The position numbers and the translations under genes are program-made. This document shows, piece after piece, positions 23,475 through 36,597 of a DNA stretch of 64,000 bases. The number at the start of each line of letters is the position of its first letter. Within the stretch, counting starts at the first letter, position 1. The notes below the pieces were generated by a model. That model did no database searches, was not told the origin of the DNA, and worked only from the letters and a program-made list of their open reading frames with translations. The stretch is from Macrostomum hystrix (Eukaryota; Animalia; Platyhelminthes), in the NCBI GenBank assembly GCA_950097015.1, contig CATNEN010000039.1:5890001-5954000 (forward strand), given 5' to 3'.

Positions 23475-24029
23475 GACTCTGGAGTGTCTCAATTTTGCAT
23501 AGAGGCTCACATGAGTTAGTCTTTGCTAGCACAATGCCAGCTCCACTTTATAAAGTTATGGTGTAATTTCCGCGAGAATAGGTCCTAATTTAGCATAGAA
23601 TAATGAGCAGCGCTATTTGGGTCGTATTACGCGTTGCTAAATTTAGACACCCAATCTCTTACCTGCATGCCAAGTTGATGAAGCAGAGGGGCCAGCTAAT
23701 TATAAAACTGATATTGAATGCTTCAGCTCGCACTTTCATGAGGATATTATTATTTTTTGCAAGATCTTGGCCGCTGATGCTGCTATAGGCGTGTTTCTCC
23801 TACTCGATGTGTGCGTGTTGTGTCAACTAATAATAGCGCAAGGTCATTCTGCATTTGGCTTTTCAATATGGCAAAAGTTCTGTATTCGAGTGTCAAATTT
23901 TAAATAAGGCTTTCCAGTGCTGCTGCTGCTGTTACTGAAAACGAGGTAGAGGCTGCGCTAAAATTAGACTTAATTGAAACCGAAAATTCTCACCCAAATT
24001 TGAGTTTTTATACCAGAAGTACTGACTAG

Positions 24030-26195
24030 TCAGGGACTAATTACTGAAGGACTGATTACTGAAGGAATGATTACTGAAGGACTGATTACTGAAGGAATGA
24101 TTACTGAAGGAATGATTACTGAAGGAATAATTACTGAAGGACTAATTACTGAAGGAATGATTACCGAAGGAATGATTACTGAAGGACTGATTAATGAAGG
24201 AATGATTACTGAAGGACTGATTACCGAAGGAATGATTACTGAAGGACTGATTAATAAAGGAATGATTACTGAAGGACTGATTACCGAAGGAATGATTACT
24301 GAAGGACTGATTACTGAAGGAATGATTACCGAAGGAATGATTACTGAAGGACTGATTAATGAAGGAATGATTACTGAAGGACTGATTACCGAAGGAATGA
24401 TTACTGAAGGACTGATTACTGAAGGAATGATTACCGAAGGAATGATTACTGAAGGACTGATTAATGAAGGAATGATTACTGAAGGACTGATTACCGAAGG
24501 AATGATTACTGAAGGACTGATTACTGAAGGACTGGTTACTGAAGGACTGATTACTGAAGGAATGATTACTGAAGGAATGATTACTGAAGGAATGATTACT
24601 GAAGGACTGATTACCGAAGGAATGATGACTGAAGGACTGATTACCGAAGGAATAATTACTGAAGGACTGATTACTGAAGGAATAATTACTGAAGGACTGA
24701 TTACTGAAGGAATAATTACTGAAGGACTGATTACTGAAGGAATAATTACTGAAGGACTGATTACGGAAGGACTGATAAATGAAGGAATGATTAAGAAAAT
24801 CTGATTATTGAAGAACTGGTTACTGAAGGACTGATTACCGAAGGACTGATTACCGAAGGACTAATAACTGAAGGACCAATAACATAAGGACTGATTACCG
24901 AAGGACTGATTACTGAAGGACTAATAACTTAAGGACTGATTACCGAAGGACTAATAACTGAAGGACCAATAACATAAGGACTGATTACCGAAGGACTGAT
25001 TACTGAAGGAATGATTACCGAAGGAATGATTACTGAAGGACTGATTACCAAGGGAATGATTACGGAAGGACTGATTACTGAAGAACTGATTACTGAAGGA
25101 CTCATTACTGAAGAACTGATTACTGAAGGACTGATTACTGAAGGACTGATTACTGAAGAACTCATTACTGAAGAACTGATTACTGAAGGACTGATTACTA
25201 AAGAACTGATTACTGAAGAACGGATTACTGAATGACTGATGACTGAAGACTTAAGGGCTGGTTACTGAAGGACTGATTACTGAAGAACTGATTACTGAAG
25301 AAATGATTACTGAAGACTTAAGGGCTGGTTACTGAAGGACTGATTACTGAAGAACTGATTACTGAAGAAATGATTACTGAAGACTTAAGGGCTGGTTACT
25401 GAAGGACTGATTACTGAAGAACTGATTACTGAAGAAATGATTACTGAAGACTTAAGGGCTGGTTACTGAAGGACTGATTTCTGAAGAACTGATTACTGAA
25501 GAACGGATTACTGAAGGACTGATTACTGAAGAACTGATTACTGAAGAACTGATTACTGATGAACTGATTACTGAAGAACTGATTACTGAATGACTGATGA
25601 CTGAAGACTTAAGGGCTTGTTACTGAAGGACTGATTAGTGAAAAACAAATTACTGAAGGACTGATTACTGAAGGACTGATTACTGATGAACTGATTACTG
25701 AAGAACTGATTACTGAAGAACTGATTACTGATGAACTGATTACTGAAGAACTGATTACTGATGAACTGATTACTGAAGAACTGATTACTGAATGACTGAT
25801 GACTGAAGACTTAAGGGCTTGTTACTGAAGGACTGATTACTGAATGACTGATGACTGAAGACTTAAGGGCTTGTTACTGAAGGACTGATTACTGAAGAAC
25901 GGATTACTGAATGACTGATGACTGAAGACTTAAGGGCTGGTTACTGAAGGACTGATTAGTGAAAAAATAATCACTGAATAACTGATTACTGAAGAACGGG
26001 TTACTGAATGACAGATGACTGAAGACTTAAGGGCTTGTTAGTGAAGGACTGATTAGTGAAAAACAAATTACTGAAGGACTGATTACTGAAGAACGGATTA
26101 CCGAATGACTGGTGACCGAAGACTTAAGGGCTGGTTACTGAAGGACTGATTAGTGAAAAACAAATTACTGAAGGACTGATTACGGAAGGACTGAT
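24030..26195. repeat. ~2.1-kb 15-bp satellite (TGATTACTGAAGGAC/A) with diverging subdomains
   Basis: Directly visible; source of the spurious ITEG-repeat ORFs. Confidence 0.95.
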
Positions 26196-26514
26196 TTCAG
26201 AGAGGTTCGTTTCCGAGGGGCTGGACTGTGTCAAAGCAATACAGCTGGAATGCAATTTATTCCATAGATATTTGCAATCGCATAAAAGGCAACTAAAGTA
26301 TCTGTTTGAACTCAGCATCAAGTGCAACTGATTAGCGAATATTCTATGGCCGAAATCAGAATTCAAGGCAGAAACTTTTCGTCTGGCCACAGATACTAAA
26401 TACCCTATTTAGTGTCTGTGCGTCTGGCTACAATTCGCGATGCTCTCTGCAGACCTGAATTAACCTTGTCATTCTATTCAAAAAAGATTACCCAAGAATT
26501 CTCTTAGAGCGCTT

Positions 26515-27959
26515 ATGGGGAACCCAGACAGTCGCCAAGTGTTGAACGTCGAAGCATCGCAGGCTGAGCCGTCTATCAGGCATTTTCTGAGTCGGCACTG
26601 GACTAAATTCTGTTTCACACTGGGCCTGCTGATTCACATCGGCTGCCTGGTAGCCCTGCAGATGACGGAGACAAACTCGGAGGTGAGCCATTTGAAAACA
26701 CGTCACCAAACACGTCACCAAACATGTCACAAAACACGTCACCAAACATGTCACCAAACACGTCACCAAACATTTCATCAAGCATGCCATCAAACATTTC
26801 ATCAAGCATGCCATCAAACATTTCATCAAGCATGCCATCAAACATTTCATCAAGCATGCCATCAAACATTTCATCAAGCATGCCATCAAACATTTCATCA
26901 AGCATACCATCAAACATTTCATCAAGCATGCCATCAAACATTTCATCAAGCATGCCATCAAACGTCCAACTAAACGCCAGGTTCCACCGCAGGGCAGTCT
27001 GTTTGTTGTGCAGCAGGTTGCTGGCAGGGCCATGTACCTGAACCTGGGGACAATGGGTCTGCTCGTGCTGCTGGATTCTCACCTGTACAACAGGGGGCAA
27101 AGCGGGTCGTCGCCACTGACCCAGATGGACACTCCAGACGTCGACCTTCCTGTGTCGGATGAAGATGCCAGGGCCGTATTGCGCTTCTTCTCACGTTTTT
27201 CTAAAAGGCGCTGGCTTCCCATCATGCGAGTAAGGGCTCCAGCCAACTGGCTTTAGTGACATGCTCTGGCTTCCCATCATGCGAGTAAGGGCTCCAGCCA
27301 ACTGGCTTTAGTGACATGCTCTGGCTTCCCATCATGCGAGTAAGGGCTCCAGCCAACTGGCTTTAGTGACATGCTCTGGCTTCCCATCATGCGAGTAAGG
27401 GCTCCAGCCAACTGGCTTTAGTGACATGCTCTGGCTTCCCAGGATTCACTGACCCATCCTCTGACTTCCCAGGGATTCACTTCTGACTTTCCAGGGATTC
27501 ACTGACCCATCCTCCGACACATCACAGGGATTCACTGACCCATCCTCTGACACATCACTGGGACTCACTGACCCATCCTCTGACACATCACAGGGATTCA
27601 CTGACCCATCCTCTGACACATCTCATATCCATACGAATTGCCGCAAGCTTCACCCTTAAATAATACGCCCGCAGTTCATTGGCACTGCTGGCCAGCTAAC
27701 TTTGAGATCATGCTCATGGCTGCTGTTTCTGGCCATACTGGCCAACTTTGTCGCCCTCTTCCTGCCGACGGGCCTCCTGCCCGCAGAGGGCAAAATTGCG
27801 CTGCAGTTCACTCTGGCCGTTCCCGGCCTGCTGTGCCTTCTGGCCAGCGCGTCGGTTGTGCTGCACTGGACTTACGTAAAGTACATTGTGGCCCAGCGAC
27901 AGGTTAGTCGAATGTTTAAAATTAGCGCAGATCTAAATGACGAGGATGAGCGAGAATGA
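26515..27959 (+). CDS. Hypothetical ~233-aa multi-pass (about 4 TM) membrane protein; exons 26515-26682, 26981-27229, 27675-27959
   Basis: Three phase-0 GT-AG joined segments with hydrophobic helices (FCFTLGLLIHIGCLVAL; LNLGTMGLLVLL; WLLFLAILANFVALFL; FTLAVPGLLCLLASASVVL); both ends uncertain. Confidence 0.6.
26695..26965. repeat. Intronic 12-bp and 24-bp minisatellites (AAACACGTCACC / CATCAAACATTTCATCAAGCATGC)
   Basis: Directly visible. Confidence 0.9.
27211..27620. repeat. 55-bp x4 repeat spanning an exon end and its 5' splice site, followed by a ~33-bp repeat
   Basis: Units start at 27211, 27266, 27321, 27376, each containing CGA|GTAAG. Confidence 0.9.
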
Positions 27960-28057
27960 CTCTGATCAAAGCTTGAGTTAACAATGAACATCTGTTATGG
28001 TTGTACATTGCTAAGGAGAAGTAAAGTACATTCAACCCATTCTGACTGAGAAATATC

Positions 28058-29025
28058 TCTCTAACAGGTTACTCTCTGTATCTAACAGGTTACTCTCTGT
28101 ATCTAACAGGTTACTCTCTGTATCTAACAGCTCACTCTCTGTATCTAACAGGTTACTCTCTGTATCTAACAGGTTACTCTCTGTATCTAACAGCTCACTC
28201 TCTGTATCTAACAGGTTACTCTCTGTATCTAACAGGTCACTCTCTGTATCTAACAGGTTACTCTCTGTATCTAACAGGTTACTCTCTGTATCTAACAGGT
28301 TACTCTCTGTATCTAACAGCTCACTCTCTGTATCTAACAGGTTACTCTCTGTATCTAACAGGTCACTCTCTGTATCTAACAGGTTACTCTCTGTATCTAA
28401 CAGCTCACTCTCTGTATCTAACAGGTTACTCTCTGTATCTAACAGGTTGCTTTCTGTATCTAACAGCTCACTCTCTGTATCTAACAGGTTGCTCTCTGTA
28501 TCTAACAGCTCACTCTCTGTATCTAGCAGGTTGCTCTCTGTATCTAACAGGTCACTCTCTGTATCTAACAGGTCACTCTCTGTATCTAACAGCTCACTCT
28601 CTGTATCTAACAGGTTGCTCTCTGTATCTAACAGGTTGCTCTCTGTATCTAACAGCTCACTCTCTGTATCTAACAGGTTGCTCTCTGTATCTAACAGCTC
28701 ACTCTCTGTATCTAGCAGGTTGCTCTCTGTATCTAACAGGTTACTCTCTGTATCTAACAGGTTGCTCTGTGTATCTAACAGGTTGCTCTCTGTATCTAAC
28801 AGGTTATTCTCCGTGTCTAACAGCTCACTCTCTGTATCTAACAGGTTGCTCTCTGTATCTAACAGGTTATTCTCCGTGTCTAACAGGTTGCTCTCCGTGT
28901 CTAACAGGTCACTCTCTATATCTAACAGGTTATTCTCCGTGTCTAACAGGTCACTCTCTATATCTAACAGGTTATTCTCCGTGTCTAACAGGTCACTCTC
29001 TGTATCTAGCCTGTATCTAACAGGT
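28058..29025. repeat. 21-bp minisatellite (TCTAACAGGTTACTCTCTGTA and variants), ~1 kb
   Basis: Directly visible. Confidence 0.95.
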
Positions 29026-29335
29026 GACGAAATATCAATACCAATTCGTTGAAAGTTGATTGTTATAACAAACATTTTTCGTTGCTACTGAAAATTTTTC
29101 GTCTGGTGCATTTATTAAATTGCATGTCAAAAATCGAATGGTCACACACTACGGTACTATTGTACAGTATATGATTTGAGAGAAAGTGTTTTTGGTAAAG
29201 CAAACTAAACATTTACTTTTGTTTATTCGAAGTACAAATAAATGTTCAACTTTCTAATTCTTTCTAATTGTAGTTCAATGTACCCCAGCTTTCTTAAACT
29301 ACAATTTTTTAGTTCAACAGACAATCAGTTTTCGT

Positions 29336-32300
29336 TTATTGATGCTCAGCAGTTGACGAAGATCTTGAACGATCTTCGGTGCCGGAGAGCCTGTGAACCA
29401 GTTCGCGAGCTTGCCTGCGGGCCGGCAAATTGTAGAAATAACACATACCTAGACACTACCCCAATAATACTACTTTTGACGATGGAAAGTAGGATGGTAA
29501 GCATTTTTATACTAATAATAATAATAATTGATTACACCTGCCCCAATTGGGTCAGATGTGCAGCCGACAGCACAGCCGCAGCTAATGCGCGGCGCATCTG
29601 AAGGCTGCGTGCAGCTGTTCAGTCCACGGACTGGGGGGACGCCACACCCACCTTCAATTATCCCAGCTGATGCTGGTACCCATTTAACAGCTGGGTGAAC
29701 TGAAGCAATGCAGAGTTAAGTGTCTTGCTAAAGGACACAAATTGTTCCAGTCGGGGTCGGGAATCGAACCCCCGACCTTCAAGTCGTGAGTCCGACGCCC
29801 TAACCACTAGGCTACAACCTCTGTTTTATTTACACTAAATAAGACATTATCTATCAACTACTCGTACTTCTTGCACCCCTAAAGTGTTTGCATACCTTTT
29901 AGGAGAGTCTAACTATCTTCATCCTTAGCCAACTAGAAGGAGGAGCTGATAAAGTACATGGAAAACTTTTACCTTGTCAAATCCTCAACTTCGACTAGCC
30001 TTGAGTCCTGCTCCATTTGCAGCGCATCTCGATCAATCAGCATTTGGACCAGGTGCTCGTTGAGGCCTAGGAATGTAGTGATATTCAGCAGAACTACTTA
30101 TAAATTTCGGTAGTATGGCGTGTTTCAATCCAATTTACAAACAGGAGCTAGATTAACGAGATTTGCACGTATGAAATATGTATGAAATATTCACGTGGCA
30201 AAAGGTAAAAGCTCACAGGCCAGATTCAATCCAGATCTCTCCCATGACTCAATCCAGATCTCTCCCATGACTCAATCCAGATCTCTCCCATGACTCAATC
30301 CAGATCTCTCCCATGACTCAATCCAGATCTCTCCCATGACTCAATCCAGATCTCTCCCTGACTCAATCCAGATCTCTCCCATGACTCAATCCAGATCTCT
30401 CCCTGACTCAATCCAGATCTCTCCCATGACTCAATCCAGATCTCTCCCATGACTCAATCCAGATCTCTCCCATGACTCAATCCAGATCTCACCCATGACT
30501 CAATCCAGATCTCACCCTTGACAATCCAGATTTCACGCATGACAATCCAGATCTCACCCTTGACAATCCAGATCTCTCCCATGACTCAATCCAGATCTCT
30601 CCCATGACTCAATCCAGATCTCACCCATGACTCAATCCAGATCTCACCCATGACTCAATCCAGATCTCTCCCATGACTCAATCCAGATCTCTCCCATGAC
30701 TCAATCCAGATCTCTCCCTGACTCAATCCAGATCTCTCCCATGACTCAATCCAGATCTCTCCCTGACTCAATCCAGATCTCTCCCATGACTCAATCCAGA
30801 TCTCTCCCTGACTCAATCCAGATCTCTCCCATGACTCAATCCAGATCTCTCCCATGACTCAATCCAGATCTCACCCATGACTCAATCCAGATCTCACCCA
30901 TGACTCAATCCAGATCTCTCCCATGACTCAATCCAGATCTCTCCCATGACTCAATCCAGATCTCTCCCATGACTCAATCCAGATCTCTCCCATGACTCAA
31001 TCCAGATCTCTCCCATGACTCAATCCAGATCTCACCCATGACTCAATCCAGATCTCACCCTTGACAATCCAGATTTCACGCATGACAATCCAGATCTCAC
31101 CCTTGACAATCCAGATCTCTCCCATGACTCAATCCAGATCTCTCCCATGACTCAATCCAGATCTCACCCATGACTCAATCCAGATCTCACCCTTGACCTG
31201 ATCCTGCAGGCTCTGTTTCATTCTCCGCAGTTCAGCCAAAGCCAGTCCAGTCGGCAGTCGAGTCGTCAGCGAAGGCCTTCGCCTGCCGCATCGCTCCAGC
31301 TGCAGCTGCATCTGCGCCATCGGCTTGGCCTGTTGGTCCAAGGAATTTTAGCCTTATGCAATTCGCTTCTTCAGGTAGCAGCTTATTAGGTACATCTGCA
31401 TTTGCATGTTGATCAAAATCTGTCAGGAGACACCCATATCTAACAGGTGACGCCCGTATCTAACAGGTGACGCCCATATCTAACAGGTGACACCCATATC
31501 TAACAGGTGACACTCATATCTAACAGGTGACACCCATATCTAACAAGTGACACCCATATCTAACAAGTGACACCCATATCTAACAGGTGACACCCATATC
31601 TAACAGGTGACACCCATATCTAACAGGTGACGCCCATATCTAACAGGTGACGCTCATATCTAACAGGTGACACCCATATCTAACAGGTGACACCCATATC
31701 TGTCAGGAGACACCCATATCTAACAGGTGACGCCCATATCTAACAGGTGACACCCATATCTAACAGGTGACACCCATATCTAACAGGTGACACCCATATC
31801 TAACAGGTGACACTCATATCTAACAGGTGACACCCATATCTAACAGGTGACACTCATATCTAACAGGTGACACCCATATCTAACAGGTGACACCCATATC
31901 TAACAGGTGACACTCATATCTAACAGGTGACACTCATATCTAACAGGTGACACCCATATCTAACAGGTGACACTCATATCTAACAGGTGACACCCATATC
32001 TAACAGGTGACACCCATATCTAACAGGTGACACTCATATCTAACAGGTGACACTCATATCTAACAGGTGACACCCATATCTAACAGGTGACACCCATATC
32101 TAACAGGTGACACCCATATCTAACAGGTGACACCCATATCTAACAGGTGACACCCATATCTAACAGGTGACACTCATATCTAACAGGTGACACCCATATC
32201 TAACAGGTGACACCCATATCTAACAGGTGACACCCATATCTAACAGGTGACACCCATATCTAACAGGTGACACTCATATCTAACAGGTGACACCCATATC

Positions 32301-34771
32301 TAACAGGTGACACCCATATCTAACAGGTGACGCCCATATCTAACAGGTGACACCCATATCTAACAGGTGACGCCCATATCTAACAGGTGACACCCATATC
32401 TAACAGGTGACACTCATATCTAACAGGTGACACCCATATCTAACAGGTGACACCCATATCTAACAGGTGACGCCCATATCTAACAGGTGACACCCATATC
32501 TAACAGGTGACGCCCATATCTAACAGGTGACACTCATATCTAACAGGTGACACTCATATCTAACAGGTGACACCCATATCTAACAGGTGACACTCATATC
32601 TAACAGGTGACACCCATATCTAACAGGTGACACCCATATCTAACAGGTGACACTCATATCTAACAGGTGACACTCATATCTAACAGGTGACACCCATATC
32701 TAACAGGTGACACTCATATCTAACAGGTGACACCCATATCTAACAGGTGACACCCATATCTAACAGGTGACACTCATATCTAACAGGTGACACTCATATC
32801 TAACAGGTGACACCCATATCTAACAGGTGACACCCATATCTAACAGGTGACACCCATATCTAACAGGTGACACCCATATCTAACAGGTGACACCCATATC
32901 TAACAGGTGACACTCATATCTAACAGGTGACACCCATATCTAACAGGTGACACCCATATCTAACAGGTGACACCCATATCTAACAGGTGACACCCATATC
33001 TAACAGGTGACACTCATATCTAACAGGTGACACCCATATCTAACAGGTGACACCCATATCTAACAGGTGACGCCCATATCTAACAGGTGACACCCATATC
33101 TAACAGGTGACGCCCATATCTAACAGGTGACACCCATATCTAACAGGTGACACTCATATCTAACAGGTGACACCCATATCTAACAGGTGACACCCATATC
33201 TAACAGGTGACGCCCATATCTAACAGGTGACACCCATATCTAACAGGTGACACCCATATCTAACAGGTGACACCCATATCTAACAGGTGACACTCATATC
33301 TAACAGGTGACACCCATATCTAACAGGTGACACCCATATCTAACAGGTGACGCCCATATCTAACAGGTGACACCCATATCTAACAGGTGACGCCCATATC
33401 TAACAGGTGACACCCATATCTAACAGGTGACACTCATATCTAACAGGTGACACCCATATCTAACAGGTGACACCCATATCTAACAGGTGACGCCCATATC
33501 TAACAGGTGACACCCATATCTAACAGGTGACACCCATATCTAACAGGTGACACCCATATCTAACAGGTGACACTCATATCTAACAGGTGACACCCATATC
33601 TAACAGGTGACACCCATATCTAACAGGTGACACTCATATCTAACAGGTGACACTCATATCTAACAGGTGACACCCATATCTAACAGGTGACACCCATATC
33701 TAACAGGTGACACCCATATCTAACAGGTGACACCCATATCTAACAGGTGACGCCCATATCTAACAGGTGACACCCATATCTAACAGGTGACACCCATATC
33801 TAACAGGTGACACTCATATCTAATAGTTCCATTGACGCCGACCGCACACCTGTGCCATGGCAAGCTCGGCTTCAGCCTTCAATCTTGTCTGCTGAGCACT
33901 AATTAGTTCCGCATTCGTGTTGGACGGCTCGTTGCCATCAAGGCAGCCGCGACCCTCGCTGCCTCCGAAGCAGCAGCCGCCATTGGCACCGGTCAGCAGG
34001 AGGTCATTCAAAGCTGAACAAGCTGCTAGAAGCTCCGGCTCCAGGGGCCGGCGATTGTGCTTCGGTCGATTCTAAATTAGAAAACAGACATGAGACTGGG
34101 TGAGATGGGACTGGACATGAGACTGTGTGGGATGGGACTGGACATGAGACTGTGTGGGATGGGACTTGGTGAGATGGGACTTGGTGAGATGGGACTGGGT
34201 GAGATGGGACTGGGTGAAATGGACTGGGTGAGATGGGACTGGGTGAGATGAGGCTGGGCTGGTGAGATGGGACTGGGCTGGTGAGATGGGACTGGGCTGG
34301 TGAGATGGGGCTGGGCTGGTGAGATGGGACTGGGCTGGTGAGATGGGGATGGGCTGGTGCGATGAGACTGGACTGGAGTCTGTGAATTAGACAGACCTCT
34401 AAGTCCTGATTCCTCTCTGGATGAAGCTGCCGACCATTTAAGCGGTTGCTGAGAGTGCAAATCTGAAATTACAAACATGCATGTCTGGTGAATGGGGTGT
34501 CAGATGAATGCTGAGTGGGGTGTCAGATGGATGGTGGAATGAGGGGCTCAGTAAGTGAGATCATCAGCTTCACCTGAAGCGGTTTAGGCGGCCTACGAAA
34601 CTTTTGCCATTCGCAGCAACCGCTGCTGCAGCTGTTGAAGACCTTGGCGGCACTCTCCGGATCTTCGTCATCGATGTCGGAGGCGGCGTCGTTGCGGAAG
34701 CAGAGCTGCATCTGGCTTGGCCGCTGAACGGCGCGGTCGGATTCCCGCCCGCCGACAGCCACGCCATTAAG
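29336..34771 (-). CDS. SCHIP1: Schwannomin-interacting protein 1 ortholog; exons 34771-34574, (34462-34397 probable), 34071-33850, 31329-31191, 30066-29973, 29414-29336; 5' exons unresolved
   Basis: MQLCFRNDAASD, QTRLKAEAELAMAQ|AKPMAQMQLQLE and LNEHLVQMLIDRDALQMEQDSRLVEVEDLTR match the conserved SCHIP1 blocks; phases consistent. Confidence 0.85.
29510..29822 (-). mobile_element. tRNA-derived SINE family 2 (tRNA head, CORE-like segment, (TTA)n tail)
   Basis: Minus strand reads GTAGCCTAGTGGTTAGGGCG..GGTTCGATTCCCG (A and B boxes), GTGTCCTTTAGCAAGACACTTAAC, CACCCAGCTGTTAAATGGGTACC; a degenerate relative lies near 61.5-61.6 kb. Confidence 0.85.
30225..31196. repeat. 23-bp intronic minisatellite (GACTCAATCCAGATCTCTCCCAT) starting at a SCHIP1 donor site
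   Basis: Directly visible. Confidence 0.95.
31421..33822. repeat. 2.4-kb 20-bp satellite (TAACAGGTGACACCCATATC) x~120 with higher-order structure
   Basis: Three main variants CACCC/CACTC/CGCCC. Confidence 0.97.
34090..34380. repeat. G-rich 15-20-bp intronic minisatellite (GGGACTGGGTGAGAT)
   Basis: Directly visible. Confidence 0.9.
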
Positions 34772-34789
34772 CTGCCAGGCAGGTCAGTT

Positions 34790-35220
34790 GGGGATAGATT
34801 AGCAATCCGCCCTATTCCTTTAATCGGTGGGGGATGGATTAGCAATCCACCCTATTCCTTTAATCGGTGGGGGATGGATTAGCAATCCACCCTATTCCTT
34901 TAATCGGTGGGGGATGGATTGGCAATCCACCCTATTCCTTTAATCGGTGGGGGGTGGATTAGCAATCCACCCTATTCCTTTAATCGGTGGGGGATGGATT
35001 AGCAATCCACCCTATTCCTTTAATCGGTGGGGGATGGATTAGCAATCCACTCTATTCCTTTAATCGGTGGGGGATGGATTAGCAATCCACCCTATTCCTT
35101 TAATCGGTGGGGGATAGATTAGCAATCCACCCTATTCCTTTAACCAGTCGGAGAATTGACTAGCAATCCACCCTATTCCTTTAACCAGTGGGAGAATAGA
35201 CTAGCAATCCACCCTATTCC
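34790..35220. repeat. 40-bp minisatellite (TTAGCAATCCACCCTATTCCTTTAATCGGTGGGGGATGGA) x~10
   Basis: Directly visible. Confidence 0.93.
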
Positions 35221-36597
35221 CTATCTTCGAGCTAGTCCGATGTCTGGACGCACAGGCAATGGAAAGCCTCCAGTTGTCAGATAATGGAGGCTACATTAGG
35301 GCCTCCAAGATGAGGGTGAACAAATATTTGATGTGTGGCCAATTTCGGATGGGAGCAGCCCATTCAGGGAAAAGGAAATATTATATTTCATCTCCCATTT
35401 ATTCGCTGGAATTGAATGAAAGAAAACTGCAAGTGCAAATCGATGACGAACAAGCGATTAAGAATAGGCTGGTGATTATCGGGAACCTCTGGCCTTGGGA
35501 AATGTCGACACTGGCTGAAAAAGTAGCGATTAAAGTGAAACACGATTTCCCTTGCATGTGCGTCGAAAATATGAAACTTTTGGCCTCCTAAACTTTCTCA
35601 ACTGGTCGCAGAAGCCGCTTATGATGAGCTCGGCTTAAGCCGCTGTCCGGGAAGTATCTAGGCGTCTAGGCGTCTCCTCCTGCTGGCAGCTGATGATGCG
35701 AAGGTGAAGCTGGGAACTGGCTGGGATGCGCCCCAGTGGCTGATCCTCACTGTCTGGCTGGAAACTAAATTGCACCAAAAGATTTTGTCGATTTCTGGGA
35801 TCGGATAGTAGAAAACTCGGAGGTAGAAAAAATGTGCTTTTTTTACTGGAATTCTTGATTTCGGAATGAGTCGCGCATCCTCACATGTCTTATTTGGCGG
35901 TTTGACCTCAATCACAGAATGGCAAGTTGGAATCGATTTGAGAACACTCTCACCCACCCTGTCTTGCCCGGCTGTAAAGGGAGAATATTTATTGCAACAA
36001 AATTATTTTTTGACTTCGGCTTAAGTTCGACCCGGTTCGAAGTTGGTGAAGACTTGGCCTTCTTAACTAGCTTCTGAGTGGGGGTCATCTTGTGGGGGTC
36101 TCGCAGTGGCGGTCGCTGGGCGCGTGCTTCTGCATGCCGAATCGAGCTGTGTAATTGCATTACACTCTGGCCCTGCCTAATGCCTGCAGCCTTGGAGGTT
36201 TGAAGGGCCAGCAGCAATGAGTGGCCAGAACAGTCCATTGCAATTGATTTCTACAGGGTTAGCAGCGGCATTACTATGAGATGCGGAGAAGGCGATTAAC
36301 ATTTTGCAAACAGTGGGTCTACGTTAATTATGTTTATCTGACCGAAGCTTAATTCAAGTGTTGCACTTGCGAGTCACGACTGCGCCTACCGACGGTCTCT
36401 TGGCCGTCTGGCGCTGCCGCCTCAGATCTCCGAACTCTTTTAAGGATTTGTGGACTCTTTTGAGTAGCTTTGAGTCCAACTCTCGGGGTAGTTAAGGGCG
36501 TGGCGTCCGGGGCCTTGAGATGCGACTGGCGATGCTGATGCCGACCCTGTGCGGTTGGCTGCACATTTTGACCCGAGGGGCGGCTATTGTACTAAAC

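Noticed and set aside
24067-25235. ITEG-repeat ORFs as proteins
   Set aside because: Translation of a 15-bp satellite; the frame breaks repeatedly
28032-29075. 347-aa heptad (LLDTESN) coiled-coil ORF
   Set aside because: Entirely a 21-bp minisatellite, also open on the other strand, with no unique coding sequence
29242-29601. Plus-strand exon or ORF continuing the 4-TM gene
   Set aside because: Better explained as the antisense of the SCHIP1 last exon plus a SINE tail
29745-29822. tRNA gene
   Set aside because: The tRNA-like head continues into a SINE body and (TTA)n tail; no clean acceptor stem or terminator
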